DNA of 64,000 nt from a phage. This document shows positions 36,847 to 49,113 of this stretch, piece by piece. The stretch lies in sequence record PZ295659.1; one strand, 5' to 3'. How positions within the stretch are numbered: the stretch's first letter is position 1; each line of letters begins with the position of its first letter. The position numbers and the translations under genes were made by a program. A model generated the notes under the pieces. The model had not been told where the DNA came from. It worked only from the letters and a program-made list of their open reading frames with translations, and did no database searches.

Positions 36847-39800
36847 CAGTAAAAGCGCCAGCAGTCACGAGTCTCAGATTATCTAAATTGTCCGCAAACC
36901 AAGTTCAAATTCGCTGGGATGAGGTTGGCGCCAATTTCTACTATTTTGTGGAAATAGCTGAGACCAAAACAGCTAATGGGGAAGCAATTCCCCGTAATAG
37001 CTATAGATGGACTAATTTAGGATATACCGCTGATAACAATTTCTTTGAGTCTGGTTTAAATTCATTAACAACATATATGATGCGTGTGGCTACAGCAGCA
37101 GAGGGATTTGAGCAGTCTGATTGGAGATACACCGAAGAGTTTGAAACATTTGAAATAAACGCTTACACATTCCAACATATGATTGAAATGCAATTAGCTA
37201 ACGAGTTTATTTCTGAAAAATTTACAAAAAATAATACCAACTACGTTGATTTTAATAATGACACGATCATGGCAGCACTGATGAGCGAGTCGTTCCAATT
37301 TAGTCCTGCATACACGGATGTGTCATCGATTAGAAATTTTATAATTGGCGAAAATCAGTATCATGAAATCCAGGGGCATATCCAAGATGTATGTAAAGAT
37401 ATAAATCGAGTATATCTAATGGAATCTGAAGGAATTCTTTACCTTTTTGAAAGATTCCAACCTATTGTAAAAGTGTCTAATGATAAAGGCCAAACATGGA
37501 AAGCGGTTAAATTGCTTAATGACCGCGTAGGATATCCACTTTCACGAACCGTATATTACCAATCAGAATATACGACGTATTTGCTCGGCTATGATAAGAT
37601 TTTTTACGGGCGTAAATCATCCGATATTCGTTGGTCTGCTGATGATGTTCGTTTCAGTTCACAAGATGTAACATTTGCTAAAATCGGGGATCGATTAAAT
37701 TTAGGTTTTGATGTAGAGATTTTCGGTACATACGCATCATTACCAGGAAACGTATCACGTATTGCAGAAGCTATTACTTGTAATGATGACTATGTTTATA
37801 TTGCGGCCAGAGATAAAGTTCGCTTCGTTAAAACCAGTAACGCTCCTATTGATTCAGATCCGTTATCTCCGACCTATTCCGAACGATTGTTTGAACCTGA
37901 GACGTTTACAATAACAGGCAACCCTAAAGCAGTTTGTTATAAAATGGATTCTGTTGGTGGAAGAATATTCGCTCTTATTATTGGTGAAGTCGAAAACGTT
38001 AATGACGACCCAAGAACAAAGCCTATTTTGGATTCCGTTGATAAAGGTGTATACGTTTTAGACCATGACGCTGGAACATTTAAAAGAATATTTGGTAATA
38101 CCGAAGAAGAACGCCGTCGTATAGAACCGGCTTTCACCAATATGTCTACTGATGGTGTTGAGCTTTATATCTCTTCTAGTAATTTTAAATTTTTAGAATC
38201 CGATATTGTTGACGACCCAGAAACGCAATCTAAGTATGGACTTTTAGGAGCAGTTAAGTACGAATATCCTAGAGAATGGCTCGCAGATAAACATTACCAT
38301 ATGATGATTTTCGCATCAAACGAAGAAAGTAATTGGGAAACTTTTTCACCAACTCCTATGCAGTATTATGCAGAACCTTTCTTTAGTTATTCTAGAAAAT
38401 CAGGCACACGTTCTTGGATTAATAACTCTGATAGAGCAGTAGTGATTTATTCTGATTTGCTTTACACAAAGGTAGTGGAAAGCCACCCTAGCACTTCACC
38501 TGATCGTAAAGTTCATGAATACTGGAATGATGGTGATTGTAAGATTGTTATGCCGAATATAGAATTCACTGGATTTAAAAAATACGCATCTGGTATGTTG
38601 TTTTATAAATCATCAGGTGAAATAATTTCATATTACGATTTTAGTTATCGTGTTAGAGATAATGTTTCTATAATTTGGAAGCCCACTAACGTATTTTTGA
38701 CCTCCTCATTACAAAACCAAGAAAAAGAAACTTCTTGGGTTCCTGTTGAAGAGACAGGTCTAGCTGACCCGGATTTACGCCCATTACTCACTACAATGAT
38801 GCCAGAGTCTTATCTGTTGGATAATACAAACTTTGAAGCATTTTGTGAAGCGTATATTCAATATCTTTCTGATGGATACGGGACTCATTATAATAACTTA
38901 TTGAATTTGATTAAAAATAAATACCCACGAGAAGAACACGCATGGGAATATCTTTGGTCTGAAATTTATAAACGGAACATTTATTTGAATGCTGAGAAAC
39001 GTGATTTAGTTTCTAGGTTCTTTGAGTCCAGAAGTTACGATTTTTATTCTACTAAAGGAACTGAAGCGTCGTATAAGTTTTTGTTTAAAGTTCTTTATAA
39101 CGAAGACGTTGAAGTGGAAATTGAGTCATCTGCTGGAACAGAGTACGATATCATAATTCAATCTGATTCTATAAGTGAAGATTTGGTTGGACAAACTATA
39201 TACACCGCTACAGGTAGATGTAATGTTACATATTTAGAAAGAAGCTATTCTAAAGGTAAATTACAATGGACTGTGACTATTCATAACCTTTTAGGTAGGC
39301 TTTTAGTCGGTCAAGAAGTAAAAGCCGAAAGACTAGCAGATTTTGAAGGTGAAATAGTTCGCGGTATTAAAGGTAAAGAACTTGCCCAAAACACTATTGA
39401 TTATTTTAATCGTGGTAGAGCTTATTACGTCATGAAAATAAAGTCAAATCTTCCATCCTCTCGTTGGAAATCTGACGTACTACGTTTTGTACATCCGGTA
39501 GGATTTGGATTTATTGCAATAACCTTATTAACAATGTTTATTAATACAGGATTAACGCTTAAACATGTTGAAACTATTATTAATAAATATAAAAATTATA
39601 AGTGGGATTCCGGACTGCCTACGGAATATGCAGACCGCGTCGCTCGTTTAGACCCTCAAGGTAATGTAGAATTCAATCCTGTTACAGGTGAAGTAATTTA
39701 TGATGCCGGTCCTTATGCCGGTATCGAATACCCTTTACCTGCAAATTATAACGAAGAAAATGATAACTCTATTTTCCAAGGACAATTACCGTCTGAACGA

Positions 39801-39941
39801 CGCAAGCCAATGAGCCCATTATTTGATGCATCAGGTACAACGTTCTCTAGATTTAGAGAGCTTGTTAATGAAAGATTGTTAGATAACGTGGGAAATCCTA
39901 GAGACCCGATTAATCCACCACAGGTTAAATTAGATGAATGA
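36843..39941 (+). CDS. 7: baseplate wedge protein gp7
   Basis: 1032 aa, same length as T4 gp7. Confidence 0.9.
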   Translation: MTVKAPAVTSLRLSKLSANQVQIRWDEVGANFYYFVEIAETKTANGEAIPRNSYRWTNLGYTADNNFFESGLNSLTTYMMRVATAAEGFEQSDWRYTEEFETFEINAYTFQHMIEMQLANEFISEKFTKNNTNYVDFNNDTIMAALMSESFQFSPAYTDVSSIRNFIIGENQYHEIQGHIQDVCKDINRVYLMESEGILYLFERFQPIVKVSNDKGQTWKAVKLLNDRVGYPLSRTVYYQSEYTTYLLGYDKIFYGRKSSDIRWSADDVRFSSQDVTFAKIGDRLNLGFDVEIFGTYASLPGNVSRIAEAITCNDDYVYIAARDKVRFVKTSNAPIDSDPLSPTYSERLFEPETFTITGNPKAVCYKMDSVGGRIFALIIGEVENVNDDPRTKPILDSVDKGVYVLDHDAGTFKRIFGNTEEERRRIEPAFTNMSTDGVELYISSSNFKFLESDIVDDPETQSKYGLLGAVKYEYPREWLADKHYHMMIFASNEESNWETFSPTPMQYYAEPFFSYSRKSGTRSWINNSDRAVVIYSDLLYTKVVESHPSTSPDRKVHEYWNDGDCKIVMPNIEFTGFKKYASGMLFYKSSGEIISYYDFSYRVRDNVSIIWKPTNVFLTSSLQNQEKETSWVPVEETGLADPDLRPLLTTMMPESYLLDNTNFEAFCEAYIQYLSDGYGTHYNNLLNLIKNKYPREEHAWEYLWSEIYKRNIYLNAEKRDLVSRFFESRSYDFYSTKGTEASYKFLFKVLYNEDVEVEIESSAGTEYDIIIQSDSISEDLVGQTIYTATGRCNVTYLERSYSKGKLQWTVTIHNLLGRLLVGQEVKAERLADFEGEIVRGIKGKELAQNTIDYFNRGRAYYVMKIKSNLPSSRWKSDVLRFVHPVGFGFIAITLLTMFINTGLTLKHVETIINKYKNYKWDSGLPTEYADRVARLDPQGNVEFNPVTGEVIYDAGPYAGIEYPLPANYNEENDNSIFQGQLPSERRKPMSPLFDASGTTFSRFRELVNERLLDNVGNPRDPINPPQVKLDE

Positions 39942-40938
39942 TTCAAGTGTTGTCTATCGTGCGATAGTTACTTCAAAATTTAGAACTGAAAAAATGTTGA
40001 ATTTCTACAATTCAATAGGTGATGGTGATAATAAAAACACCATCTTTATAACGTTTGGTCGGTCTGAACCATGGGCTGCTAATGAAAATGAGGTGGGCTT
40101 CGCCCCACCGTATCCAACAGACTCGGTTTTAGGTGTAACAGATATGTGGACTAACATGATGGGTTTAGTTAAAGTTATCCCATCTATGTTAGACTCGGTT
40201 ATTCCTAGACGTGACTGGGGAGATATTCGTTATCCGGACCCTTATACATTCAAAATAAATGATATAGTCGTATGTAATACAGCCCCATATAATGCCACTG
40301 AAGTCGGGGCCGGATGGTTAGTATACCGTTGCGTAGATGTTCCTGATGTTGGGATGTGTTCTATTGAGTCTCTCGACAACAAAGAAGAATGTCTTAAATT
40401 AGGTGGTAAATGGACTCCGTCTGTTAGGTCTTTAACACCTCCTGAAGGCCGTGGAGATGCTGAAGGGATTATCGAAGTTGGTGATGGATATATATGGGAG
40501 TATCTTTATGAGATTCCACCTGATGTGTCTATAAACCGATGTACTAATGAATATATAGTCGTTCCATGGCCGGAAGAAGTTAAAGAAGACCCTGCTCGTT
40601 GGGGATATGAAAACAATCTAACCTGGCAACAAGATGATTTTGGCCTTGTGTATAGAGTTAAAGCAAACATAATTCGTTTTAAAGCCTATTTAGACTCAGT
40701 TTATTTCCCTAATGCAGCACTGCCTGGTAATAAAGGATTTAGACAAATTTCTATTATCACAAACCCCTTGGAAGCTAAACTCCGTCCTAATGACCCTAAT
40801 ATAAAGGCTGAAAAGGATTATTATGACCCCAGAGATTTACAGCGTCATTCTGGTGAAATGATTTATATGGAAAACCGTCCACCTATTATTATGGCAATGG
40901 ACCAAACCGAAGAGATCAATATTTTGTTTATGTTCTAA
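39934..40938 (+). CDS. 8: baseplate wedge protein gp8
   Basis: 334 aa, same length as T4 gp8. Confidence 0.9.
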   Translation: MNDSSVVYRAIVTSKFRTEKMLNFYNSIGDGDNKNTIFITFGRSEPWAANENEVGFAPPYPTDSVLGVTDMWTNMMGLVKVIPSMLDSVIPRRDWGDIRYPDPYTFKINDIVVCNTAPYNATEVGAGWLVYRCVDVPDVGMCSIESLDNKEECLKLGGKWTPSVRSLTPPEGRGDAEGIIEVGDGYIWEYLYEIPPDVSINRCTNEYIVVPWPEEVKEDPARWGYENNLTWQQDDFGLVYRVKANIIRFKAYLDSVYFPNAALPGNKGFRQISIITNPLEAKLRPNDPNIKAEKDYYDPRDLQRHSGEMIYMENRPPIIMAMDQTEEINILFMF

Positions 40939-40942
40939 TTTA

Positions 40943-40963
40943 GGGAGACTTCGGTCTCCCTTT
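40943..40963 (+). terminator. stem-loop GGGAGAC-TTCG-GTCTCCC + TTT after gene 8
   Basis: Perfect 7-bp stem with TTCG loop; identical hairpin after gene 23. Confidence 0.6.
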
Positions 40964-40967
40964 CGTG

Positions 40968-40975
40968 TATAAATA
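40968..40975 (+). promoter_or_regulatory. T4 late promoter TATAAATA for gene 9
   Basis: Exact TATAAATA 26 nt upstream of gene 9 ATG. Confidence 0.65.
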
Positions 40976-41000
40976 GTATAAACTATTAAGGATTAGCCAC

Positions 41001-41864
41001 ATGTATATTCAAACTCCAAAACAATTGATTGACGTTGGCGAAATTGGTAACGCTTCTACAGGCGATATCCTTTTTGACGGCGGTGTTAAAATAAACAATG
41101 ATATAAATGCTATTTACAATGCGTTTGGTGACCAACGAAAAATGGCAACTGCTAATGGGACAGGACCAAATGGACAAATAATCCATGCCACTGGATACTA
41201 CCAAAAAGGAGGTCCTACTGATTATTTCACCCCTGTTCCAGTAGGAAGTAGACACGACATAGATGCTTCTACCGGTGGTGTTATTGTTACTGTTGCTAGA
41301 GGTGAACTCGGTGATTCCGTGGAATTTATAAATTCGAACGGGTCAATTTCTGTAAACAACCCATTAAGTATCCAAGCATTAGATTCTATTAAAGGTGTTG
41401 CAGGTAATTTAGTTATAACTACACCTTATACTAAAGTTACTCTTCGTTGTATTTCTTCTGGTGCAGGCGGTTCAATATGGGATTATTCTACAGAAAGTAT
41501 GTTTAGTCATACCGAAATTCCTGTAGACGGGACATGGAATATTATTTCAGACTATGTCAATATTCCTCTATTTTATAAAACTGAATATAACGCTGCTAAA
41601 CTTTTGGTTACATGCCAATCTGCCAACGGCAGAAAAATTAAATCATGCGAAATAAATATTCTAATAGATACAATTAATTCAAGAGTTATTTCAACCGAAT
41701 ACGCAGTTATGCGCGTTGGTAATGATAACGAAGAAGATGAAATTGCGAATATTAGTTTTTCGATAATTAACAATTTTGCCACTATGACAGTTTCTTCACA
41801 TATAAATGGTCTTCGAGTGGCAGCTAAAGTTATTTCAACTCAGAAAATTAGGGTCGCTCAATAA
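41001..41864 (+). CDS. 9: baseplate wedge / long tail fiber socket protein gp9
   Basis: 287 aa; T4 gp9 is 288 aa; order. Confidence 0.9.
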   Translation: MYIQTPKQLIDVGEIGNASTGDILFDGGVKINNDINAIYNAFGDQRKMATANGTGPNGQIIHATGYYQKGGPTDYFTPVPVGSRHDIDASTGGVIVTVARGELGDSVEFINSNGSISVNNPLSIQALDSIKGVAGNLVITTPYTKVTLRCISSGAGGSIWDYSTESMFSHTEIPVDGTWNIISDYVNIPLFYKTEYNAAKLLVTCQSANGRKIKSCEINILIDTINSRVISTEYAVMRVGNDNEEDEIANISFSIINNFATMTVSSHINGLRVAAKVISTQKIRVAQ

Positions 41865-43678
41865 TGAAACAAAATATTAAAATTGGGAACGTCGTTGATG
41901 ACGGACAAGGCGATTACCTTCGTCGTGGTGGTGCAAAAATTAATGAAAACTTTGATGAGTTGTATTATGAATTAGGCGATGGCGAAGTTCCGTATTCCGC
42001 TGGTGCCTGGAAAACATACCATTCTTCAGATGGACTTAATTTAGCTGCTGAATGGGGTAAATCATACGCAATTGATACCTCAACAGGGCGTGTTTCTATA
42101 AATTTACCTAAAGGAACAGTGGAAGATTATAATAAAGTAATTAGAGCCCGTGATGTATTCGCCACATGGAATATTAACCCTGTAACATTAATTGCTGCCA
42201 GCGGTGATACTATTAAAGGTTCTTCTAGCCCAGTAGAAATCAATGTGCAGTTTTCAGACTTAGAATTAGTTTACTGTTCTCCTGGGCGCTGGGAATACGT
42301 TAAAAATAAACAAATAGACAAAATTACTAGTTCTGATATTAGTAGTGTAGCTCGTAAAGAATTTTTAGTCGAAGTTCAAGGTCAAACTGATTTTCTTGAT
42401 GTATTTGGGCCTGTTTCTTATAATGTGAATAATATCCGTGTAAAACATCGTGGTAACGAATTATACTACGGTGATGTGTTCAGTGACAATAGTGACTTTG
42501 GTTCTCCAGGAGCTAATCCTGGAGAAATCGTTGCATTAGACGGTAAAAACATTCGTTTAAGACAACCATGTAATATTGGCGACACCGTACAAATTGAAAC
42601 CTTTTTGGACGGGATTACACAATTACGCAGTTCTTATTCTCGCCGCCAAATACGTATTTTAGATTCGAAATTAACAACCCGTCCTTCCTTAGAAGGAAGT
42701 GTATATGTCGCTGATTTGTCAACTTTGAAATCTATTCCTTTTTCGGCATTTGGAGTTAATCCTTCAGAACCGGTCAATACTAATTCTTTAGAAGTTCGTT
42801 TTAATGGCATTCTTCAAGAATTAGCTGGTACTGTTGGTTTACCTATGTTCAGATGTGAAGGTGCTGATGCAGAAACTTCTACTGAGTGTTCAGCTTTAGG
42901 TGGGACTTGGGTTACATCTAACACAGATTATTCTATTGAATATGATGATAACGATGCAACTATTGCACGTGCTTTAGTCTTTGACCGTAAGTTTGAAGAC
43001 CAAGACATTATTGATATTACATGGTTTAATAACGATTTAGGCACCTTATTAAGTATCGATGACATTTTAGATACAACTGATGAAAAGTATGTCGCACAAG
43101 GTGCAACCGTAAATGTGACCGGCGATGTGGCTTTGACCGATTTCAATAATATCGGATGGCCTAATGTAGAATCTGTTCCGGCATATAGCAGGGAATTCTC
43201 ATCTATTGCAAATATTTTTAACACTATTTACCCTGTCGGTACTATTTACGAAAATGCAGTGAACCCTAATAACCCAGCCACGTATTTAGGATTTGGTTCT
43301 TGGAAATTATGGGGACAAGGAAAAGTATTAGTTGGATGGAACGACGATATTAGCGATCCTAATTTTGCATTAAATAATAACGACCTTGATTCTAGCGGGA
43401 ATCCTACACATACCGCCGGTGGAACAGTCGGAACAACGTCTAACACACTAACTAATTCTGATTTACCTCCTACTCAAACTGACGAGAAAGTTCTTATTTC
43501 CGATGAGAACGGTACAATTATTATTGGTGGATGTCAATACGACCCTGATGCAGAAGGTCCTATATACACCAAATACCGTGAAGGCCACGCCACAACGAAT
43601 AGTACACACGTACCGCCTCAAACCGTAAATAATATTCAACCGTCAATTACCGTATACCGTTGGGTAAGGATTGCATAA
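41864..43678 (+). CDS. 10: baseplate wedge protein gp10
   Basis: 604 aa; order and size as T4 gp10. Confidence 0.9.
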   Translation: MKQNIKIGNVVDDGQGDYLRRGGAKINENFDELYYELGDGEVPYSAGAWKTYHSSDGLNLAAEWGKSYAIDTSTGRVSINLPKGTVEDYNKVIRARDVFATWNINPVTLIAASGDTIKGSSSPVEINVQFSDLELVYCSPGRWEYVKNKQIDKITSSDISSVARKEFLVEVQGQTDFLDVFGPVSYNVNNIRVKHRGNELYYGDVFSDNSDFGSPGANPGEIVALDGKNIRLRQPCNIGDTVQIETFLDGITQLRSSYSRRQIRILDSKLTTRPSLEGSVYVADLSTLKSIPFSAFGVNPSEPVNTNSLEVRFNGILQELAGTVGLPMFRCEGADAETSTECSALGGTWVTSNTDYSIEYDDNDATIARALVFDRKFEDQDIIDITWFNNDLGTLLSIDDILDTTDEKYVAQGATVNVTGDVALTDFNNIGWPNVESVPAYSREFSSIANIFNTIYPVGTIYENAVNPNNPATYLGFGSWKLWGQGKVLVGWNDDISDPNFALNNNDLDSSGNPTHTAGGTVGTTSNTLTNSDLPPTQTDEKVLISDENGTIIIGGCQYDPDAEGPIYTKYREGHATTNSTHVPPQTVNNIQPSITVYRWVRIA

Positions 43679-44337
43679 TGACCATACTTAATACTAAAGC
43701 GGGAGTAATATCCCGCGAAGCAGATTTTTTAGGATTTAGAAAAAATCCTACTCAAATTGATATTTTAAACAACCAAGGCGTAGGTTCTGTAACTATTTCT
43801 CAATTGGCAAAAGGATTCTACGATGATAACGTAGAATCTGCAATAAACGATGTTCATAATATTGCTAGAGCAGATGTAGGAACAGTTACAATTAACACCT
43901 CAGGTGTATCTCCTGAAGGAACTTCACAGGTAGATTATTGGTCCTTTAGTGGAAGTGTAACTGACCCTAGTTTGCCCGATGGAAGCCCTGTTATTGTAAA
44001 AGTTTACGGACTTCCTGTTAATGCTACTGTAGGTATGACAGCCGACGAATTTGTTGTACAATTACGTACTACTCTCCGGAATGCGATTTCCGACCAATTG
44101 GCCATTGCAGAGTATAAAGATGACCCTACTGTTGGGACTAAATTACAAATAACATATTTAGATAACCAAAGACACGTACTCCCAACGTATTCCGCTTATG
44201 GTATCACGGTTTCTCAAGAAATAGTGTCTCAGGCTAAGTCCGGGTACGGCACTTGGAATTTACTAGGTGCGCAAACCCTTACTCTTGACAACCATAATTC
44301 ACCTACAACCTTTTATTATTTTGTGAGAACCGCATGA
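43678..44337 (+). CDS. 11: baseplate wedge / short tail fiber attachment protein gp11
   Basis: Start at ATG 43678 overlapping gene 10 stop; 219 aa as T4 gp11. Confidence 0.9.
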   Translation: MTILNTKAGVISREADFLGFRKNPTQIDILNNQGVGSVTISQLAKGFYDDNVESAINDVHNIARADVGTVTINTSGVSPEGTSQVDYWSFSGSVTDPSLPDGSPVIVKVYGLPVNATVGMTADEFVVQLRTTLRNAISDQLAIAEYKDDPTVGTKLQITYLDNQRHVLPTYSAYGITVSQEIVSQAKSGYGTWNLLGAQTLTLDNHNSPTTFYYFVRTA

Positions 44338-45884
44338 GTAACAATACATATCAACACGTTTCGAACGAATCTGTATATGTTGAATTTGACCCTACCGGGT
44401 CAAATTTTGATAGTTCAATAACCAATGTCCAGGCGGCCTTAGCCTCAATTAGCGCATATGGTGTTAAAGGTGTTCCGGACGCAAGTGAAACAGAAAAAGG
44501 TGTAATTCAATTAGCGTCGGAACAAGAAGTTCTTGACGGTTTTAATAGTACTAAGGCCGTTACACCTGCCACATTAAATGCAAGACTTCAGTATCCGAAT
44601 GCGTCAGAAACACAATACGGCGTAACTAAATATGCAACACAAGAGGAGGCCATTGCTGGCACTTTAGACACTGTTTCTATTACTCCGCTTAAATTAAACC
44701 AAACTATTGATAACACGTTCTCTACTCGTTATTCAACAGAAACAACTAACGGTGTTATTAAAATTGCAACTCAAACCGCTGCACTTGCCGGGTCTGATGA
44801 CACCACAGCAATGACTCCGCTTAAAACGCAGCAATTAGCAATAAAATTAATTTCTCAAATAGCTCCTAATAACGACCCGGCTTCAGAATCTATTACCGGT
44901 GTTGTGCGTTTAGCTACGGTGGCTCAAACACGTCAAGGAACTCTTCGCGAAGGATATGCAATTTCCCCGTATACCTTTATGAATTCTGTTGCAACACAAG
45001 AATATAAAGGTGTTATACGTCTAGGAACACAAGCGGAAATTAATAGCAATTTGGGAGATGTTGCTGTAACAGGTGAAACGCTAAATGGTAGAGGAGCTAC
45101 CGGTTCTATGCGTGGAGTCGTAAAATTAACGACTCAGGCTGGTATTGCCCCTGAAGGCGATAGCTCTGGAGCATTAGCATGGAACGCAGATGTAATTAAT
45201 ACACGCGGTGGACAAACTATTAATGGTTCTTTAAATTTAGATCACCTCACAGCAAATGGAATTTGGTCGCGTGGCGGAATGTGGAAAAACGGTGACCAGC
45301 CAGTTGCAACAGAGAGATATGCATCTGAACGTGTTCCTGTTGGAACAATTCAAATGTTCGCAGGTGATAGCGCTCCTCCAGGCTGGGTTTTATGTCATGG
45401 TGGGACCATTTCTGGAAACCAATTTCCGGACTATCGAAATGTGGTTGGAACAAGATTTGGTGGTGATTGGAATAATCCTGGAATTCCGGATATGCGCGGT
45501 CTTTTTGTTAGAGGAGCTGGCACAGGCAGCCATATTTTAAATCAACGAGGACAAGATGGTTACGGGAAGGATAGACTTGGTGTAGGATGTGACGGAATGC
45601 ATGTTGGCGGTGTCCAAGCACAGCAAATGTCATATCATAAACACGCTGGTGGATGGGGCGAATATCAACGTCATGAGGCGCCGTTCGGAGCATCCGTATA
45701 TCAAGGTTATTTGGGTACTAGAAAATACTCTGATTGGGATAACGCATCATATTTCACAAATGACGGCTTCGAATTAGGTGGTCACCGCGACGCAACAGGC
45801 ACTCTTAACCGTGAAGGACTTATCGGATATGAGACTCGTCCATGGAATATATCTTTAAATTATATTATTAAAGTCCATTACTAA
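44334..45884 (+). CDS. 12: short tail fiber protein gp12
   Basis: 516 aa; repeated GVI(K/R)L(A/T)T motifs and C-terminal receptor-binding domain. Confidence 0.9.
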   Translation: MSNNTYQHVSNESVYVEFDPTGSNFDSSITNVQAALASISAYGVKGVPDASETEKGVIQLASEQEVLDGFNSTKAVTPATLNARLQYPNASETQYGVTKYATQEEAIAGTLDTVSITPLKLNQTIDNTFSTRYSTETTNGVIKIATQTAALAGSDDTTAMTPLKTQQLAIKLISQIAPNNDPASESITGVVRLATVAQTRQGTLREGYAISPYTFMNSVATQEYKGVIRLGTQAEINSNLGDVAVTGETLNGRGATGSMRGVVKLTTQAGIAPEGDSSGALAWNADVINTRGGQTINGSLNLDHLTANGIWSRGGMWKNGDQPVATERYASERVPVGTIQMFAGDSAPPGWVLCHGGTISGNQFPDYRNVVGTRFGGDWNNPGIPDMRGLFVRGAGTGSHILNQRGQDGYGKDRLGVGCDGMHVGGVQAQQMSYHKHAGGWGEYQRHEAPFGASVYQGYLGTRKYSDWDNASYFTNDGFELGGHRDATGTLNREGLIGYETRPWNISLNYIIKVHY

Positions 45885-45893
45885 GGGTAAAAA

Positions 45894-47336
45894 ATGATCG
45901 AATTAAAAAGTCTACCATACGTTGATGGCCCTCCTGATGAGGGTCAAAAACGTTTAAACTGGATTAAAAATTCAGAAGAAATAACTGGCGCTGATACGTT
46001 ATACGGTTCTGAAGGAGTAATGAACCGTCCAATAACAGAAGTTCAACGAAATGTAGAAACAATTAACGATAACGTTAAGACTATCGCAGAATCTTTAGAT
46101 ACCGCTAATGCTGATATTGTCACAATTAAAAGTATCTTGGATGTTTCTGGTGACGTAGATGCTTTAGCACAAATTGGACATAACACTGATGATATTGAAG
46201 TATTAAAACACACGGTAAATTCACACGGTGTTGATATTTTAAACACTGAAGAAAAACTAGATGATACTATTGCTAATATCGGAGTAGTTAATCCAGAAAC
46301 AGATTCGGTGTATCGTACGGTGCGTAACGACCTTCTTTGGATTAAAACCGAATTAGGGCAATATACTGGACAAGATATTAATGGTGTCCCAACCGAAGGT
46401 AATGAAAGCACCGGGATGAAACGACGTATTATTACTAACAGTTCAGTGTTGGTTGACCAAGGCGTTCGTTTAACCGAGTTAGAAAATAAATTTGCCGATT
46501 CTGATGTTGGGGCTCTGACAACCGAAGTTGAAAACCTCCGTCAAGAAATAGGTCCTAGACCATCGTTAACAGTACCGGTTTACACTCGTTTATCCGGTAT
46601 TGATTCATCCATTTCTATCCAAACTAGAGATATTGCGGCATTAAAAGATTTTGTTGGATATCCTAATTCAACCGCTATTAAAACTCAAGTCGAGGCCAAT
46701 CGTCTTTCTATATCAACAATAAATTCAGACATTAACTCGCCTGGTGGTATTAAACCACGTTTGACAACGTTAGAAACTACTATAGGCTCTCCAGATTTAC
46801 CGACTACTCTTCAGGGTAAGATCAAATTAAATACCGATTCCATTTCAGGTATTAACACAGTTTTAGGTGTTGATTCTTCTAGTGGTTTACGTTTTAATGT
46901 AGCATGGCTTAATCAGGTGGTTGGCGTTGATTCAAATGGTGGACAACCTGAACCGGCTGGTTCACTTTTATATAGGACCCGTATTCTTGAAACTGATGTT
47001 ACTGACCTAGGCAATAACATTCAAAACGTTCAAACCGAATTGGGAACTAATTCGTCCGGTATTAAAGGACAAGTGACTAGTTTAAATAAACTTATAAGCG
47101 GCACCAACCCAAACGGTCAAACCATAGAAGAACGTGGTATATTGCCAACAGTTAAAAACCATGATACGACAATTAATGGTTTAACTTCTAGAATTGCTAC
47201 TCTTGAAACTGATTTGGCCGCCGCAGAAGCAGAAATTCAGGTCCTTAAAGAGGCTGGATATATTGAAGATGCTCCTTCAGACGGTAAATTCTATGTTCGT
47301 AAAGACGGTGCATGGGTTGAACTTCCTACAGCTTAA
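45894..47336 (+). CDS. wac: fibritin (whisker) Wac
   Basis: 480 aa, segmented coiled coil, C-terminal foldon-like GYIEDAPSDGKFYVRKDGAWVELPTA. Confidence 0.9.
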   Translation: MIELKSLPYVDGPPDEGQKRLNWIKNSEEITGADTLYGSEGVMNRPITEVQRNVETINDNVKTIAESLDTANADIVTIKSILDVSGDVDALAQIGHNTDDIEVLKHTVNSHGVDILNTEEKLDDTIANIGVVNPETDSVYRTVRNDLLWIKTELGQYTGQDINGVPTEGNESTGMKRRIITNSSVLVDQGVRLTELENKFADSDVGALTTEVENLRQEIGPRPSLTVPVYTRLSGIDSSISIQTRDIAALKDFVGYPNSTAIKTQVEANRLSISTINSDINSPGGIKPRLTTLETTIGSPDLPTTLQGKIKLNTDSISGINTVLGVDSSSGLRFNVAWLNQVVGVDSNGGQPEPAGSLLYRTRILETDVTDLGNNIQNVQTELGTNSSGIKGQVTSLNKLISGTNPNGQTIEERGILPTVKNHDTTINGLTSRIATLETDLAAAEAEIQVLKEAGYIEDAPSDGKFYVRKDGAWVELPTA

Positions 47337-47342
47337 TGAAAA

Positions 47343-47356
47343 GGGCCTTCGGGCCC
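47343..47356 (+). terminator. stem-loop GGGCC-TTCG-GGCCC after wac (weak U-tail; may be an RNA stability element)
   Basis: Perfect hairpin; same stem as at 6302-6315. Confidence 0.4.
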
Positions 47357-47368
47357 TAAAGGATTTAT

Positions 47369-48295
47369 ATGTCAGGTTATAATGCACAAAACCCTAAAGA
47401 ATTAAAGGACGTAATATTACGTCGTTTAGGCGCTCCTATTGTAAATGTTGAATTAACTACAGATCAAATTTATGATTGTATTTCACGAGCGTTAGAACTT
47501 TATGGCGAATATCATTTTGATGGATTGAATAAAGGTTTCCATGTATTTTTTGTTGATGACGAAGAAAAATACCGTCACGGCGTATTTGATATGCGTGGTT
47601 CTAACGTATTTGCTGTAACAAGAATTATAAGAACAAACGTTGGCTCTATTACTTCAATGGATGGTAATGCAACTTATCCATGGTTCACTGATTTCCTTTT
47701 AGGAATGGCCGGTGTTTCAGGTGGTATGGGTAGTAATTGTGGTAAATTCTATGGACCGAACGCTTTTGGCGCTGATCTCGGGTATTATTCTCAATTAGTA
47801 TCTTATATGGGTATGCTTCAAGATATGATTGCTCCTCTTCCAGATTTTTGGTTTAACTCTGCGAACGAGCAATTAAAAGTAATGGGTAACTTTAGACAGA
47901 AAGACGTCATTATCGTTGAATCGTATGTTCGCTCTTATATCGAGACCCATAAGATGGTAGGAAATACAGTAGGGTACGGTCAAGTAGGTCCTCGCGATTC
48001 ATGGTCTATTTCTGAACGTTATGATAACCCGGACCATAATTTGGTCGGACGTCGAGTTGGTGAAGATCCTGCAACTAAACAAGGCGCATATAACAACCGC
48101 TGGGTTAAAGATTATGCAACTGCATTAGCTAAAGAGCTTAATGGACAAATTCTTGCTAAACATCAAGGTATGATGTTACCGGGCGGCGTCACTGTCGATG
48201 GCGTTCGATTAATCGAAGAAGCTCGATTAGAGAAAGAAGCTTTACGAGAAGAGTTATATTTACTAGACCCTCCTGCAGGTATTTTGGTAGGTTAA
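47369..48295 (+). CDS. 13: neck protein gp13
   Basis: 308 aa; order and size as T4 gp13. Confidence 0.9.
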   Translation: MSGYNAQNPKELKDVILRRLGAPIVNVELTTDQIYDCISRALELYGEYHFDGLNKGFHVFFVDDEEKYRHGVFDMRGSNVFAVTRIIRTNVGSITSMDGNATYPWFTDFLLGMAGVSGGMGSNCGKFYGPNAFGADLGYYSQLVSYMGMLQDMIAPLPDFWFNSANEQLKVMGNFRQKDVIIVESYVRSYIETHKMVGNTVGYGQVGPRDSWSISERYDNPDHNLVGRRVGEDPATKQGAYNNRWVKDYATALAKELNGQILAKHQGMMLPGGVTVDGVRLIEEARLEKEALREELYLLDPPAGILVG

Positions 48296-48296
48296 T

Positions 48297-49061
48297 ATGG
48301 CAACTTATGATAAAAATCTTTTCGCCAAACTAGAAAATCGCGGTGGGTATTCTCAGACAAATGAGACCGAAATCCTCAATCCATTTGTCAATTTTAATAA
48401 CTATGAGAATAGTCAGACATTAGCCGATGTTCTAGTGGCAGAAAGCATACAGATGCGCGGTATTGAATGTTTTTATGTTCCACGTGAATATGTTGCCGTG
48501 GACCTTATCTTTGGTGAGGACCTTAAAAATAAATTTACTAAAGCATGGAAATTTGCTGCATATCTGAACTCATTTGAAGGTTATGAAGGAGCGAAATCGT
48601 TCTTCAGCAACTTCGGAATGCAAGTTCAAGACGAAGTTACATTATCTATTAACCCAGGTCTTTTCAAACACCAGGTCAACAATCAGGAGCCTAAGGAAGG
48701 TGATTTAATATACTTCCCAATGGATAACAGTTTGTTTGAGATTAACTGGGTTGAACCATATGACCCATTCTATCAAGTAGGTAAAAATGCGATTCGTAAA
48801 ATTACTGCAGGCAAGTTTATTTACTCTGGCGAAGAAATCAATCCGGTGCTTCAGAAAAATGAAGGTATCAATATACCTGAATTTAGTGACTTGGAACTTA
48901 ACCCTGTTAGAAATCTTGACGGTATCCATGACATTAATATCGTTGAATATTCTGAAGTTGAGCAAATCAATTCAGAGGCAAGTGAATATGTTGAGCCGTA
49001 TGTAGTAGTTAACAACCGTGGTAGACAAAATTCACCATTTGACGATGGGTTTATGAATTAA
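48297..49061 (+). CDS. 14: neck protein gp14
   Basis: 254 aa; order and size. Confidence 0.9.
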   Translation: MATYDKNLFAKLENRGGYSQTNETEILNPFVNFNNYENSQTLADVLVAESIQMRGIECFYVPREYVAVDLIFGEDLKNKFTKAWKFAAYLNSFEGYEGAKSFFSNFGMQVQDEVTLSINPGLFKHQVNNQEPKEGDLIYFPMDNSLFEINWVEPYDPFYQVGKNAIRKITAGKFIYSGEEINPVLQKNEGINIPEFSDLELNPVRNLDGIHDINIVEYSEVEQINSEASEYVEPYVVVNNRGRQNSPFDDGFMN

Positions 49062-49113
49062 TAAATAGATAAGATAAAGCAAACACCGGTCGAAAGGCCG
49101 GTTAGGAGAAATG

